Shown: piece after piece, positions 32,129 through 41,871 of the stretch
Layout of the letters: each line of letters opens with the position of its first letter
Position numbering within the stretch: the first letter of the stretch is position 1
Assembly (NCBI GenBank): GCA_964419675.1
Contig: CAYQPN010000001.1
Span: forward strand, 173,060 to 237,059
Source of the DNA: an uncultured Candidatus Saccharibacteria bacterium
GTDB lineage: Bacteria; Patescibacteriota; Saccharimonadia; Saccharimonadales; SZUA-47
Direction: 5' to 3'
Length of the DNA: 64,000 nucleotides
Notes under the pieces: model-generated
The model's database searches: none
What the model was told of the DNA's origin: nothing
Seen by the model: only the letters and a program-made list of their open reading frames with translations
Made by a program: the position numbers and the translations under genes

Positions 32129-35100
32129 GAAAATATACAAACAGCATAAACATTGAAGATTTTGATGCAGTTCGTTTAGCAGTTGCTAGCCCAGAAGATA
32201 TTTTGGATTGGAGCAACGGCGAGATTACTAAACCAGAAACTATCAACTATAGAACTCAAAAACCTGAACGTGATGGTTTGTTCTGCGAGAGAATTTTTGG
32301 ACCAGTTAAAGATATAAACCCACATGACGCAAAATTCAAAGGTGTAAGAAGCCGTGAAGCAGCAGTCGACAAGAAGGGTGAACTTGTCACCAGAAGCATT
32401 GTAAGACGCGAACGAATGGGTCACATTCAACTAGCTACACCTGTTGCACACATCTGGTTTTTGAGAGGCACACCGAGTGCAATTGGCTTGCTACTTGGTA
32501 TGACAGTTAAGAATTTAGAGCGAGTCGCATACTTTGCTAGCTACATTGTTGTCAGCGTAGATCAAACAGCTAAAGCAAAACTACTTACTGACAAAGAGGC
32601 AGAATTTGCAGCAGCTAAAGAAGCAATAAAGATTAGATATGAAGCTGAAGCTAAAGTAGAAGGTGCAAACGTCAAAACGCTAGCAGAAATGCAGACAAAA
32701 GAACTAGAAGAACTAGAACTAGGGTTTGCAGAGTATAAGGCACAACTACAGTCATTAGAACGTCAGGCACTATTATCTGAGACAGATTATAGAAATCTTC
32801 CAGAAGAAATGAATGATGTTATCGAAGTGGGTATGGGAGCAACAGCTTTGAAAGATCTTCTAACAGAGGTTGATTTAAATAAGCTGATTGAGTCTTTGCA
32901 AGTTGAAGTAGAAGAAGCTAAAGGACAACGACGCAAGAAGTTAATGAAGAGATTGAGACTACTAGAAAGTATGCATCGTGCCGGCATCAAACCTACAAGC
33001 ATGTGCGTCAGCGTACTGCCTGTGATTCCTCCGGATCTTCGACCTATGGTACAGCTAACAGGTGGCCGTTTTGCAACGAGTGACTTAAACGATCTTTACC
33101 GAAGAGTAATAAACCGAAATAATCGTTTGAAGAAGTTAATTGACTTAAATGCGCCAGAAGTAATTTGCCGAAATGAACAACGTATGTTGCAAGAAGCTGT
33201 AGATGCTTTGATTGACAACAACAGCACTCGCTCAGGACGTGCAATTGCCTCAACGGGTCAAAGACGACGCCTAAAATCACTTAGCGATATGTTGAAGGGT
33301 AAGCAAGGTCGATTCAGGCAGAACTTACTTGGTAAAAGAGTCGATTATTCAGGTCGTTCAGTAATTATTGCTGGACCTGAGCTGAACATTGATGAGTGTG
33401 GACTACCAAAAATGATGGCTTTAGAGTTATTTAAGCCATTCGTCATAGGTTGCTTAATCGATAGAGACCAGGCCCATAACATTAGAAGTGCAACAAGAAT
33501 GATAGAACTAGGTGAAATAGCAGTTTGGGATGCCCTAGACTTTGTGATTAGAGAAAAATATGTACTTTTGAACCGTGCACCAAGTCTTCACAGACTTTCA
33601 ATTCAAGCATTTAAACCTGTTCTAATCGAAGGTAAAGCTATACAGCTTCACCCGTTAGTTTGTAAGGGTTTCAACGCTGACTTTGACGGTGACCAAATGG
33701 CAGTTCACTTACCTCTCAGCAACAAGGCTCAAGCTGAAGCTAGAGATATTATGGCAAGCAACAAGAACTTGCTAAAACCAGCAGATGGTTCTCCAATTTT
33801 ACACATCGAACAAGATATTGTTTTGGGTTGTTACTACTTAACATACGACCGTCCTGGTGTGAAAGAACAAAAGCCTAAATCATACAGCAGTATTGCGGAA
33901 GCAGTTATGGCAAGAGATAAAGGCGTTATAGTAGTGCAAAGTCCAGTAAATATAACATACAGAGGTGAAAATCGATTAACGACTCTTGGGCGAGTAATAT
34001 TTAACGAAATATTCCCAGAAGATTTTCCGTTCCAAAATGACGAAATGACAAAGAAAAAATTACAAGGTGTAATGGCGGCAGTTTTTGCTCAATATGGTCA
34101 AGAAGAAACGGCTCGAATCGCTGATGAGCTAAAACGAGTAGGATTTGAATTCGCAACCCGTTCGGGACTTTCCATGGGTATGTCAGACTTTACTGACGTC
34201 AAGGGTGTAAAAGAACTTATTGAAGGTGGAGAGAAAAAGACAGCAGAAATAAGTGACCAATATGACCAAGGTTTCATAACTAACGACGAAAGATACCGAC
34301 TTACCGTAGACAACTGGATGAAAACTGATGCAAAAGTTCAAAAAACTCTTGCTGAACAATTCGTTAAAGAAGATAGTTCTATGTCTACCGCAGTTAATTC
34401 AGGTGCAAGAGGTAACATCGGACAGGTTAAGACAGCTGTTGGATTACTGGGAGTTGTTACTGATGCAACCGGTAATGCAATTGAGCTTCCTATTAAGAAC
34501 AACTATAAATCAGGTCTTACGCCACTGGAGTACTTTACTGCTACTCGTGGTGCACGTAAGGGTATGATTGATACAGCTCTAAAGACAGCAGATTCAGGAT
34601 ACTTAACAAGAAGATTAGTTGATGTTTCTCAGGACGTATTTACTACTGATGAGGATATTGAAGACCCAGGTTTTGCAATGTACCGCTCAGACGCTGAAGA
34701 AATTGGCGTAAGTTACCGAAGCAGGCTTCAAGGACGTTACGCGGCAGAAGATGTTGCGAAGTATGTCAAGAAGGGTGAGTTATTTACCCAAGAAATTGCT
34801 GAATCAATTGAAAAAGACGAAAAACTTGATGGTGTAAAAATCATGAGTGTTCTATCAATTCCTTCTGTTCGTGGAATTCCGCAGAAGAGCTATGGTGTTG
34901 ACCCAGCAACAGGACGACTTGTAGATTTGTATCACCCCGTCGGCGTTATTGCAGCTCAAAGTATTGGAGAACCTGGTACCCAGCTTACTCTTAAGACTTT
35001 CCACTCCGGTGGTGTTGCGGGAGAAGATATTACAACGGGACTTCCTCGTGTTGAAGAGTTGTTTGAAGTACGAACACCAAAAGGTCAGGCATTTTTGTCT

Positions 35101-35949
35101 GAGTCTGATGGTAACGCAAAAGTATGGGAAGAAGGCAACCACTACATAATTCAAGTAACACCAAAGGGTGTAAAAGTTGAAGAATTAGAAGTAGGTAAAA
35201 GAGTTGTAGCTGTTGCTTCAGGTAGCGACGTACAAGTCGGAGATGTTCTTGCAAGTAAGAAAAACGGAGAAGACCCTCTGACTGCACCAGTTGCAGGTAT
35301 AGTTGAAGTAACTAAGACTAAGCTGATAATAACTCCTGGCAAACAATCCGCCGGGAGATACGAAATACCGAACTTTAAGCAAGTATTGATTAAAGATGGT
35401 GATGACGTTGTAGCAGGTCAAAGACTAACTAACGGTTCAATTAATCTTCATGAGTTAATTACTCTTGCAGGTGTAGAACCAACACAGCGCTACATCATGA
35501 ACGAAATTCTGCGCATCTTTGCAGCTCAGGGTCAGAACATTGCTGATAAACACCTTGAAATCATTGTGCGTCAAATGTTTAGTCGTGTACAAATTGACGA
35601 GCCGGGTGACAGCGAATATGTAACAGGTGACATTGTTAGCAAGCAGTCAGTTCTTGAAACAAACGAAAAGCTTGCTTCAAAAGGCTTCCAGCTTGTTAGG
35701 TACAACCAGTTGCTACTTGGAATAACAAAGGCATCACTAAGCACAGATTCATTCTTGAGTGCTGCCAGCTTCCAGGACACGACAAGAGTATTAATCGGCG
35801 CCGCTACCAGTGGTAAGGTTGATAATCTGTTTGGTTTGAAAGAGAACGTTATCTTAGGTCGTCTAATCCCTGTTGGAACAGGCGCCAAGGGTAATGAGTT
35901 AGTAATTGAAAACGAAGAAGTATTTGAAGCAGCAGTTGCAGCCGAATAA
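32125..35949 (+). CDS. rpoC: DNA-directed RNA polymerase subunit beta'
   Basis: NADFDGDQMAVH catalytic motif and conserved bridge-helix and trigger-loop regions. Confidence 0.97.
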   Translation: MRKYTNSINIEDFDAVRLAVASPEDILDWSNGEITKPETINYRTQKPERDGLFCERIFGPVKDINPHDAKFKGVRSREAAVDKKGELVTRSIVRRERMGHIQLATPVAHIWFLRGTPSAIGLLLGMTVKNLERVAYFASYIVVSVDQTAKAKLLTDKEAEFAAAKEAIKIRYEAEAKVEGANVKTLAEMQTKELEELELGFAEYKAQLQSLERQALLSETDYRNLPEEMNDVIEVGMGATALKDLLTEVDLNKLIESLQVEVEEAKGQRRKKLMKRLRLLESMHRAGIKPTSMCVSVLPVIPPDLRPMVQLTGGRFATSDLNDLYRRVINRNNRLKKLIDLNAPEVICRNEQRMLQEAVDALIDNNSTRSGRAIASTGQRRRLKSLSDMLKGKQGRFRQNLLGKRVDYSGRSVIIAGPELNIDECGLPKMMALELFKPFVIGCLIDRDQAHNIRSATRMIELGEIAVWDALDFVIREKYVLLNRAPSLHRLSIQAFKPVLIEGKAIQLHPLVCKGFNADFDGDQMAVHLPLSNKAQAEARDIMASNKNLLKPADGSPILHIEQDIVLGCYYLTYDRPGVKEQKPKSYSSIAEAVMARDKGVIVVQSPVNITYRGENRLTTLGRVIFNEIFPEDFPFQNDEMTKKKLQGVMAAVFAQYGQEETARIADELKRVGFEFATRSGLSMGMSDFTDVKGVKELIEGGEKKTAEISDQYDQGFITNDERYRLTVDNWMKTDAKVQKTLAEQFVKEDSSMSTAVNSGARGNIGQVKTAVGLLGVVTDATGNAIELPIKNNYKSGLTPLEYFTATRGARKGMIDTALKTADSGYLTRRLVDVSQDVFTTDEDIEDPGFAMYRSDAEEIGVSYRSRLQGRYAAEDVAKYVKKGELFTQEIAESIEKDEKLDGVKIMSVLSIPSVRGIPQKSYGVDPATGRLVDLYHPVGVIAAQSIGEPGTQLTLKTFHSGGVAGEDITTGLPRVEELFEVRTPKGQAFLSESDGNAKVWEEGNHYIIQVTPKGVKVEELEVGKRVVAVASGSDVQVGDVLASKKNGEDPLTAPVAGIVEVTKTKLIITPGKQSAGRYEIPNFKQVLIKDGDDVVAGQRLTNGSINLHELITLAGVEPTQRYIMNEILRIFAAQGQNIADKHLEIIVRQMFSRVQIDEPGDSEYVTGDIVSKQSVLETNEKLASKGFQLVRYNQLLLGITKASLSTDSFLSAASFQDTTRVLIGAATSGKVDNLFGLKENVILGRLIPVGTGAKGNELVIENEEVFEAAVAAE

Positions 35950-36067
35950 TATATCTGTTAAAATAAGTACATTAAACATAAAGTAATCCGAGCCGTGGAA
36001 CAAATTTACTACTAGGCATAAGGTAGTAAATCCATGCAGCAGACAGATTACAAATCGAAAGGAACTT

Positions 36068-36478
36068 ATGCCAACAATCAATCAATTAGTTAGGAAGCCT
36101 CGTAAAACGGCTAAGCCTAAAAGTAAATCACCTGCGCTTCACCGCGTGGTGAATAACTTAAATAACACAAACTACGAAAAATCTGCCCCGTTTAAGCGTG
36201 GGGTTTGTGTAAAAGTAACTACTAAAACACCTAAAAAACCTAACTCAGCCTTGCGTAAAGTTGCCCGCGTTCGTTTGAACAACGGCTACGAAGTGTGGGC
36301 ATATATTGGTGGTGAAGGTCATAATTTGCAAGAACACGCAGTGGTAATTATCCGCGGTGGTCGTGTTAAGGATCTTCCTGGTGTTAGATACCACATTGTT
36401 CGCGGGGCTCTAGACCTTCAAGGTGTTCAAGACCGTAAAAGAGGCCGAAGTAAATACGGCACAAAGAAGGGCAAATAA
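36068..36478 (+). CDS. rpsL: 30S ribosomal protein S12
   Basis: [10 protein letters not shown]...[17 protein letters not shown]...VRYHIVRG. Confidence 0.97.
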   Translation: MPTINQLVRKPRKTAKPKSKSPALHRVVNNLNNTNYEKSAPFKRGVCVKVTTKTPKKPNSALRKVARVRLNNGYEVWAYIGGEGHNLQEHAVVIIRGGRVKDLPGVRYHIVRGALDLQGVQDRKRGRSKYGTKKGK

Positions 36479-36480
36479 TT

Positions 36481-36960
36481 ATGCCACGTAAAACTACTAA
36501 AGCTTTGGTTCGCCCAAAACTACCAGATCGAAAATATAATTCTGAAATGGTACAGCGATTAATAAACCGTGTAATGCTAAATGGTAAAAAACAGTTAGCA
36601 GAACGCATTGTTTATGAAGGAATGGAAAAAGCCGCAAAAAAAGTAAAAAACGAGAATGTTATCGAAGTTTTTGATAAAGCAATAAAGAACGTAACTCCAT
36701 TTATGGAAACTCGTTCACGACGTGTCGGTGGTGCTAACTATCAAATTCCTTTTGAAGTTAAAGGTCAACGTCAAAAACATCTAACTGTTATGTGGTTTGT
36801 TCAAGCAACACGTGCTAAAAAAGGTATGCCAATGAGTGAACGTATTGCAATTGAGCTTGCAGACGCATATAACCAAACTGGTGTAGCCTTCAAGAAAAAA
36901 GAAGATACCCACAAAATGGCAGAAGCTAACCGAGCCTTCGCTCACTTCGCGAGAACTTAA
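36481..36960 (+). CDS. rpsG: 30S ribosomal protein S7
   Basis: MPRK...SRRVGGANYQIPFEV...ANRAFAHF. Confidence 0.97.
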   Translation: MPRKTTKALVRPKLPDRKYNSEMVQRLINRVMLNGKKQLAERIVYEGMEKAAKKVKNENVIEVFDKAIKNVTPFMETRSRRVGGANYQIPFEVKGQRQKHLTVMWFVQATRAKKGMPMSERIAIELADAYNQTGVAFKKKEDTHKMAEANRAFAHFART

Positions 36961-36962
36961 GT

Positions 36963-37334
36963 ATGGGTGATGTTCTTCAAGCTGAAGTTAGGCCTCCAGC
37001 TTTAGTCGCCACCGCTCTCGGATGCCCTTATGGAAAAAGTGGTGAACAAGCAATGCTAGCAGACGACCAGATGCATGAGATTCTAAAACCAACAGATGGT
37101 TTTAAAGAAGAAGATGATGAACTGGTCTTTCTTGAAACTGTGGCTGAAGCACAAAATAACGCTCTAAACATATCCCGTGCAATACTGGCTTGTGAAACCT
37201 GCCAAGGTAATCCGCATACAGTAGACTTGACAGATAAAGTTTGCGCTTTTGCTTTGGACGCCTGCATGGGAAACGTAGGTAATCCGATTGATGTTAACCA
37301 ATATTTAGAATCACGTGACGACTTCGGCAATTAA
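36963..37334 (+). CDS. Hypothetical acidic 123-aa Cys-containing protein inserted between rpsG and fusA
   Basis: ATG lies 2 nt after the rpsG stop with no separate Shine-Dalgarno. By my count it has 22 D/E, 4 K and 5 Cys including CETC. I recognise no family, and the antisense frame is also open. Confidence 0.4.
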   Translation: MGDVLQAEVRPPALVATALGCPYGKSGEQAMLADDQMHEILKPTDGFKEEDDELVFLETVAEAQNNALNISRAILACETCQGNPHTVDLTDKVCAFALDACMGNVGNPIDVNQYLESRDDFGN

Positions 37335-37372
37335 ACAACTTAAAACACTTTAGGGAAAAAGGACTGAAAAAA

Positions 37373-39460
37373 ATGGCAGGAAAAAAAGTAACACTAGATA
37401 AAATTAGAAACATCGGAATTATTGCACATATTGATGCCGGTAAAACCACAACAACTGAAGGTATTTTGTACCGAACAGGTTTGAAGCATAAAATTGGTGC
37501 TGTACACGACGGCGAGACTACAACTGACTGGATGGCACAAGAGCGTGAACGTGGTATTACCATTGTATCCGCCGCTGTAACTTGCTATTGGAAAGACCAC
37601 CAAATTAACATTATTGATACTCCAGGTCATATCGACTTCACTGTTGAAGTAGAACGCTCACTTCGTGTTCTTGACGGTGCTGTCGTAGTATTTGACGGTA
37701 AAATGGGCGTTGAGAGTCAATCTGAAACTGTTTGGCGTCAGGCTGATAAGTACGGCGTACCTCGTATTTGCTTTATTAATAAGATTAACCAAACTGGCGG
37801 AGACTTTTATAAATCACTTGAAAGTATCCATAACAGGCTTACAAAAGCAGCCTTTCCAATTCATCTGCCTATTGGTTTTGAACAGAGCATAAATGGAATC
37901 GTAGATTTAGTGTCTATGAAGGCCTACACATATAAAGATTTTACAGATAAAGAACTTGTAGTTGGTGAAATTCCGGCAGATATGATGGATCAAGTTAAAA
38001 AATACCGTAGCTTGCTTATTGAAAATGCTGTAGCCGAAGACGAAAAGATGCTTGAAAAATATTTTGAAGTCGGTGAAGAAGGTTTAAGCGAAGCGGAAAT
38101 TAAAGAAGCAATACGTTTAGCAGTGTTGGGCGGAAAGTTTTTTGTCGTAACTGGCGGAGACGGACGAGGCGTAATTGTTGAAAAAGTTCTAGATTTAGTT
38201 ACTGAACTTATGCCAAGCCCAATCGATAGGGGCAGTACTTGGGGAGAAGACGCAAAAACTGGGGACAAGCTAGAACGAAAACCTTCAGAATCAGAACCTA
38301 TGTCAGGCCTAGCATTTAAAATTGCAACCGACCCGTTTGTCGGAAAGTTAGCTTATTTTAGAGTTTATTCGGGTAAATTAGTATCTGGTTCGTATGTATT
38401 GAATAGTTCAAACGGTGAAAAAGAAAGAATTGGCCGTATCGTAAGAATGCAGGCCGACAAACGTGAAGAAGTACCAGAAGTTACGGCCGGAGATATAGCA
38501 GCAATTGTTGGGCTTAAGGCCACTACTACTGGTCATACATTAAGCGACCCAGCTCATCCGATCGTGCTAGAAAGCATAACATTCCCAGAACCACCTGTAA
38601 GTATTGCAATCGAGCCTAAAACTAAGGCTGACCAAGAAAAAATGAGCCTTGCCATGCAAAGGCTTGCAGAAGAAGACCCAACGTTTAGAATCAAAGTTGA
38701 TGCTGAAACTGGTCAAACAGTTATTAGTGGTATGGGTGAGCTTCATCTTGAAATCATTGTAGATAGAATGAAACGCGAATTTGCGGTTGAGGCAAACATC
38801 GGAGCACCACAGGTAGCGTACCGTGAGACTATCCGCAAAGAAAATGTTGAAGTGCAAGGTAAATTTATTCGTCAGTCTGGTGGACGTGGTCAGTACGGTG
38901 ACGTATGGCTTAGACTGTCGCCAAACGAACAAGGTAAAGGCTTTGAGTTTATTAACTCTATTAAGGGAGGAACTGTTCCTTCTGAGTATATAAAACCTGT
39001 ACAACAGGGAATAATCGAAGCTATGAACAATGGTGTATTAGCTGGATACCCAGTTGTTGACATTAAAGCTGAGCTATATGATGGTTCTTACCACGATGTA
39101 GACTCTAACGAAATGGCCTTTAAAATCGCCGGTTCAATGGCGCTTCAAGCTGGCGTAAAAAACGCAAAACCAGTACTTCTAGAACCTATCATGAAAGTAG
39201 TTGTTGTTACTCCTGAAAACTTTATGGGTGACGTAATCGGTGACTTGAACGGTAAGCGTGGCCGTGTTGAAACAATGGAAGATTTGAATGCTGGAATTAA
39301 AGAAATAACTGCGTTTGTACCGTTAGGTGAAATGTTTGGGTACACTACTAATCTGCGCTCAATGTCACAAGGAAGAGCTAGCTCCTCAATGGAACTTGAC
39401 CACTATGCCGACGTTCCAAATAACGTCGCCGAAGCCATAGCTGCCAAAAACGCAAAGTAA
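37373..39460 (+). CDS. fusA: Elongation factor G
   Basis: G-domain motifs AHIDAGKTT, DTPGH and NKID/NKIN, plus conserved domains II-V. Confidence 0.97.
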   Translation: MAGKKVTLDKIRNIGIIAHIDAGKTTTTEGILYRTGLKHKIGAVHDGETTTDWMAQERERGITIVSAAVTCYWKDHQINIIDTPGHIDFTVEVERSLRVLDGAVVVFDGKMGVESQSETVWRQADKYGVPRICFINKINQTGGDFYKSLESIHNRLTKAAFPIHLPIGFEQSINGIVDLVSMKAYTYKDFTDKELVVGEIPADMMDQVKKYRSLLIENAVAEDEKMLEKYFEVGEEGLSEAEIKEAIRLAVLGGKFFVVTGGDGRGVIVEKVLDLVTELMPSPIDRGSTWGEDAKTGDKLERKPSESEPMSGLAFKIATDPFVGKLAYFRVYSGKLVSGSYVLNSSNGEKERIGRIVRMQADKREEVPEVTAGDIAAIVGLKATTTGHTLSDPAHPIVLESITFPEPPVSIAIEPKTKADQEKMSLAMQRLAEEDPTFRIKVDAETGQTVISGMGELHLEIIVDRMKREFAVEANIGAPQVAYRETIRKENVEVQGKFIRQSGGRGQYGDVWLRLSPNEQGKGFEFINSIKGGTVPSEYIKPVQQGIIEAMNNGVLAGYPVVDIKAELYDGSYHDVDSNEMAFKIAGSMALQAGVKNAKPVLLEPIMKVVVVTPENFMGDVIGDLNGKRGRVETMEDLNAGIKEITAFVPLGEMFGYTTNLRSMSQGRASSSMELDHYADVPNNVAEAIAAKNAK

Positions 39461-39535
39461 AGTTAGTAAATATGTCTAGCAAGGCATAAAAACTGTCTCT
39501 AAAGCTACATAGAGTACTGCGCTCAGATTAAAGTA

Positions 39536-39564
39536 TTTACTAACCCAAACAGGTATGTTATAAT
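39536..39564 (+). promoter_or_regulatory. Strong promoter TTTACT-N17-TGtTATAAT ending 6 nt before the ATG of the fusA-tuf orphan ORF
   Basis: TTTACT at 39536-39541, TG at 39556-39557, TATAAT at 39559-39564 and ATG at 39571. This geometry predicts a leaderless transcript. Confidence 0.55.
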
Positions 39565-39570
39565 ATCTTT

Positions 39571-40140
39571 ATGATTAGAGGAAATGGTACAGAATTTGAT
39601 CCGGCTGCAACAATAGCTACTGCAGGCAAGATGATTGGTAGTATTAACACTCCCGAAATGGTAGAGGCTGTAAACCTAATGTTGGGCTTAGTTGAAAAAC
39701 CTACTCCACAAACGGAAGATAGGTGCGGAGAGCTAACATGGGGCTTAAGTGTTAGGACTCCAGAAGCAGATGCATACTTGCAAGCTGATGCTGTAAGACT
39801 TGGTGCTCGTGTTGCTTTAGAGGGCGTCAGAAATTCAGACTACGCGGAATCGCCGGAACTGAACTGGTTACTCTTGTTAAGAGGTAGTATTCAAAGCACG
39901 TTAAGAGGCATTCCAGGCAGGAGAAGATTAGGCTCAAACGACCTAGGCTTGAGAGCTTATGCAAGGCTGGAGGGTACCGAACTGATAAGTTGGTTGCTTA
40001 ATCCAAGAACTGAAAGTGGCAAAGATGTACAATCTGCCAGAGCGGTAAGGGCCGCACTAGACCAAGCTGTTGGGCTAGGTGTGGTTGGAAGAATGTATAC
40101 CCCACCAAAATTTAAGCTGAGCAGTTCGCGGTCTAAATAG
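39571..40140 (+). CDS. Hypothetical 189-aa Arg/Leu/Gly/Ala-rich, Lys-poor protein inserted between fusA and tuf
   Basis: Long ORF with its own promoter. By my count it has 18 R and 6 K. I recognise no family. Confidence 0.5.
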   Translation: MIRGNGTEFDPAATIATAGKMIGSINTPEMVEAVNLMLGLVEKPTPQTEDRCGELTWGLSVRTPEADAYLQADAVRLGARVALEGVRNSDYAESPELNWLLLLRGSIQSTLRGIPGRRRLGSNDLGLRAYARLEGTELISWLLNPRTESGKDVQSARAVRAALDQAVGLGVVGRMYTPPKFKLSSSRSK

Positions 40141-40373
40141 AGCTTTACAAGTTTTAAATTATTCGGTAATATATTGATAACTCGCGTGAGGGCTTTTGCT
40201 AGTGACGTCATAAAACACTAGTCAATATGGATCGCGAAAGTAACAATTCATTAAACCCTTATAAACTAAAAGGTGGGATAGCAACCACAAAAGAAGTAAG
40301 TAGGATTTATAGCGTACTTAAATAGCTATAAAACAACTAGTTACTTTAAAATCCCTGAAAGGAATTTTAAAAA

Positions 40374-41555
40374 ATGGCAAATTTTGACAGAACTAAGCCA
40401 CACGTAAACGTAGGAACTATGGGTCACGTTGACCACGGTAAAACTACGCTTACAGCTGCAATAACTGCAGTACTAGCAAAGAAAATGCCTAGCGAAACGA
40501 ACAAAGCTGTAGCCTTTGATCAAATCGACAAAGCACCAGAAGAGAAGGCTCGTGGTATTACCATTGCAACTTCTCACCAAGAATATGAGTCAGAAAAGCG
40601 TCACTACGCACACGTAGACATGCCAGGTCATGCTGACTACGTAAAGAACATGATTACTGGAGCTGCCCAGGTTGACGGAGCAATATTGGTTGTATCAGCC
40701 GCTGATGGTCCTATGCCCCAAACTCGTGAACACGTTTTGCTTGCTAACCAAGTTGGAGTTCCAAAAATCGTTGTTTTCTTAAACAAGATGGATGTTGCAG
40801 ACGCAGAGCTAGTTGAATTAGTCGAAATGGACATTCGTGAACTACTTTCAAAGTATGGTTACGATGAAAATTCACCAATAGTTAAGGGTTCTGCACTAAA
40901 AGCTCTTGAAGGTGATGCAACTTATGAAGAATCAATCATGGAGCTTGTAAAGGCCATGGATGATTTTATTGAAGAACCAAAGAGAGATCTAGACAAGCCA
41001 TTCTTGATGCCTATTGAGGATGTTTTCTCAATTAAAGGTCGCGGTACAGTTGCTACTGGACGTATTGAAACTGGCGTAGTTAAAGTTAACGACGAAATTG
41101 AAATTGTTGGAATCCGCCCAACAGTGAAATCAGTTGTTACAGGAATTGAAGCTTTCAAAAAGTCTCTAGACCAAGGGCAAGCCGGTGACAACGCAGGTGT
41201 ACTTTTAAGAGGTATTGAGCGTGAAGACATCGAAAGAGGTCAGGTTCTATGTAAGCCAGGAACAATTACTCCTCACACAGAATTTGATGCAGAGGTTTAC
41301 GTTTTGACTAAAGAAGAAGGTGGACGACACACCCCGTTTTTCAAGGGATACAAGCCACAGTTCTACTTTAGAACAACAGACGTAACTGGTGAGGTTGAAC
41401 TTCCGGCTGACAAAGAAATGGTTATGCCAGGTGACACAATAACCTTCAAAGTGAAATTGCTTGCGCCGATTGCTATGGATCAGGGACTACGTTTTGCTAT
41501 CCGTGAGGGTGGCCGAACCGTAGGTGCTGGTGTTGTTACAAAAATTACTAAGTAA
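40374..41555 (+). CDS. tuf: Elongation factor Tu
   Basis: [18 protein letters not shown] and NKMD motifs, with near-universal EF-Tu sequence throughout. Confidence 0.98.
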   Translation: MANFDRTKPHVNVGTMGHVDHGKTTLTAAITAVLAKKMPSETNKAVAFDQIDKAPEEKARGITIATSHQEYESEKRHYAHVDMPGHADYVKNMITGAAQVDGAILVVSAADGPMPQTREHVLLANQVGVPKIVVFLNKMDVADAELVELVEMDIRELLSKYGYDENSPIVKGSALKALEGDATYEESIMELVKAMDDFIEEPKRDLDKPFLMPIEDVFSIKGRGTVATGRIETGVVKVNDEIEIVGIRPTVKSVVTGIEAFKKSLDQGQAGDNAGVLLRGIEREDIERGQVLCKPGTITPHTEFDAEVYVLTKEEGGRHTPFFKGYKPQFYFRTTDVTGEVELPADKEMVMPGDTITFKVKLLAPIAMDQGLRFAIREGGRTVGAGVVTKITK

Positions 41556-41577
41556 TTAATGCGACTAACTGGTCACT

Positions 41578-41620
41578 AAACAAATTAGGGGTCGATAAAT
41601 CGACTCCTAATTTGTTTGTT
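41578..41620 (+). terminator. Intrinsic terminator after tuf
   Basis: 18-bp stem (AAACAAATTAGGGGTCGA / TCGACTCCTAATTTGTTT with one G-U pair), loop TAAA, and a T-rich trail. Confidence 0.75.
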
Positions 41621-41871
41621 CTTGGCATATATTGAAAGTTTTCGCTCTGTATCAAAAATAGCAGTATTAGGTATACAGCTAGATTTTTGCTCCAGAACGA
41701 AGAGCTTCCAATCTGCACTCAATCCAGTCAGTCTAAGGTCCAAGCTACAAATAAGTTTACTAATGGCTTACTTTATTGTAAAATCAGATCATAAACTAAT
41801 CGTGGTGACTAAAAGTCGTCTTGTTTCGCTTAAGAATATAAGAAGATGTTACATCACAGGGAGAATTTTTT

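Noticed and set aside
36005-36032. 9-bp perfect inverted repeat (ATTTACTAC-N10-GTAGTAAAT) upstream of rpsL as a terminator or S7-binding leader.
   Set aside because: It has no U-run and I know of no consensus to compare it with. It could be an mRNA-stabilising or processing hairpin, but the evidence is not enough to report it as a feature.
40227-40325. 32-codon ORF (MDRESNNSLNPYKLKGGIATTKEVSRIYSVLK) in the spacer upstream of tuf.
   Set aside because: It has no Shine-Dalgarno and no correctly spaced -10. It is too short and featureless to call, and it may simply be tuf 5' UTR.
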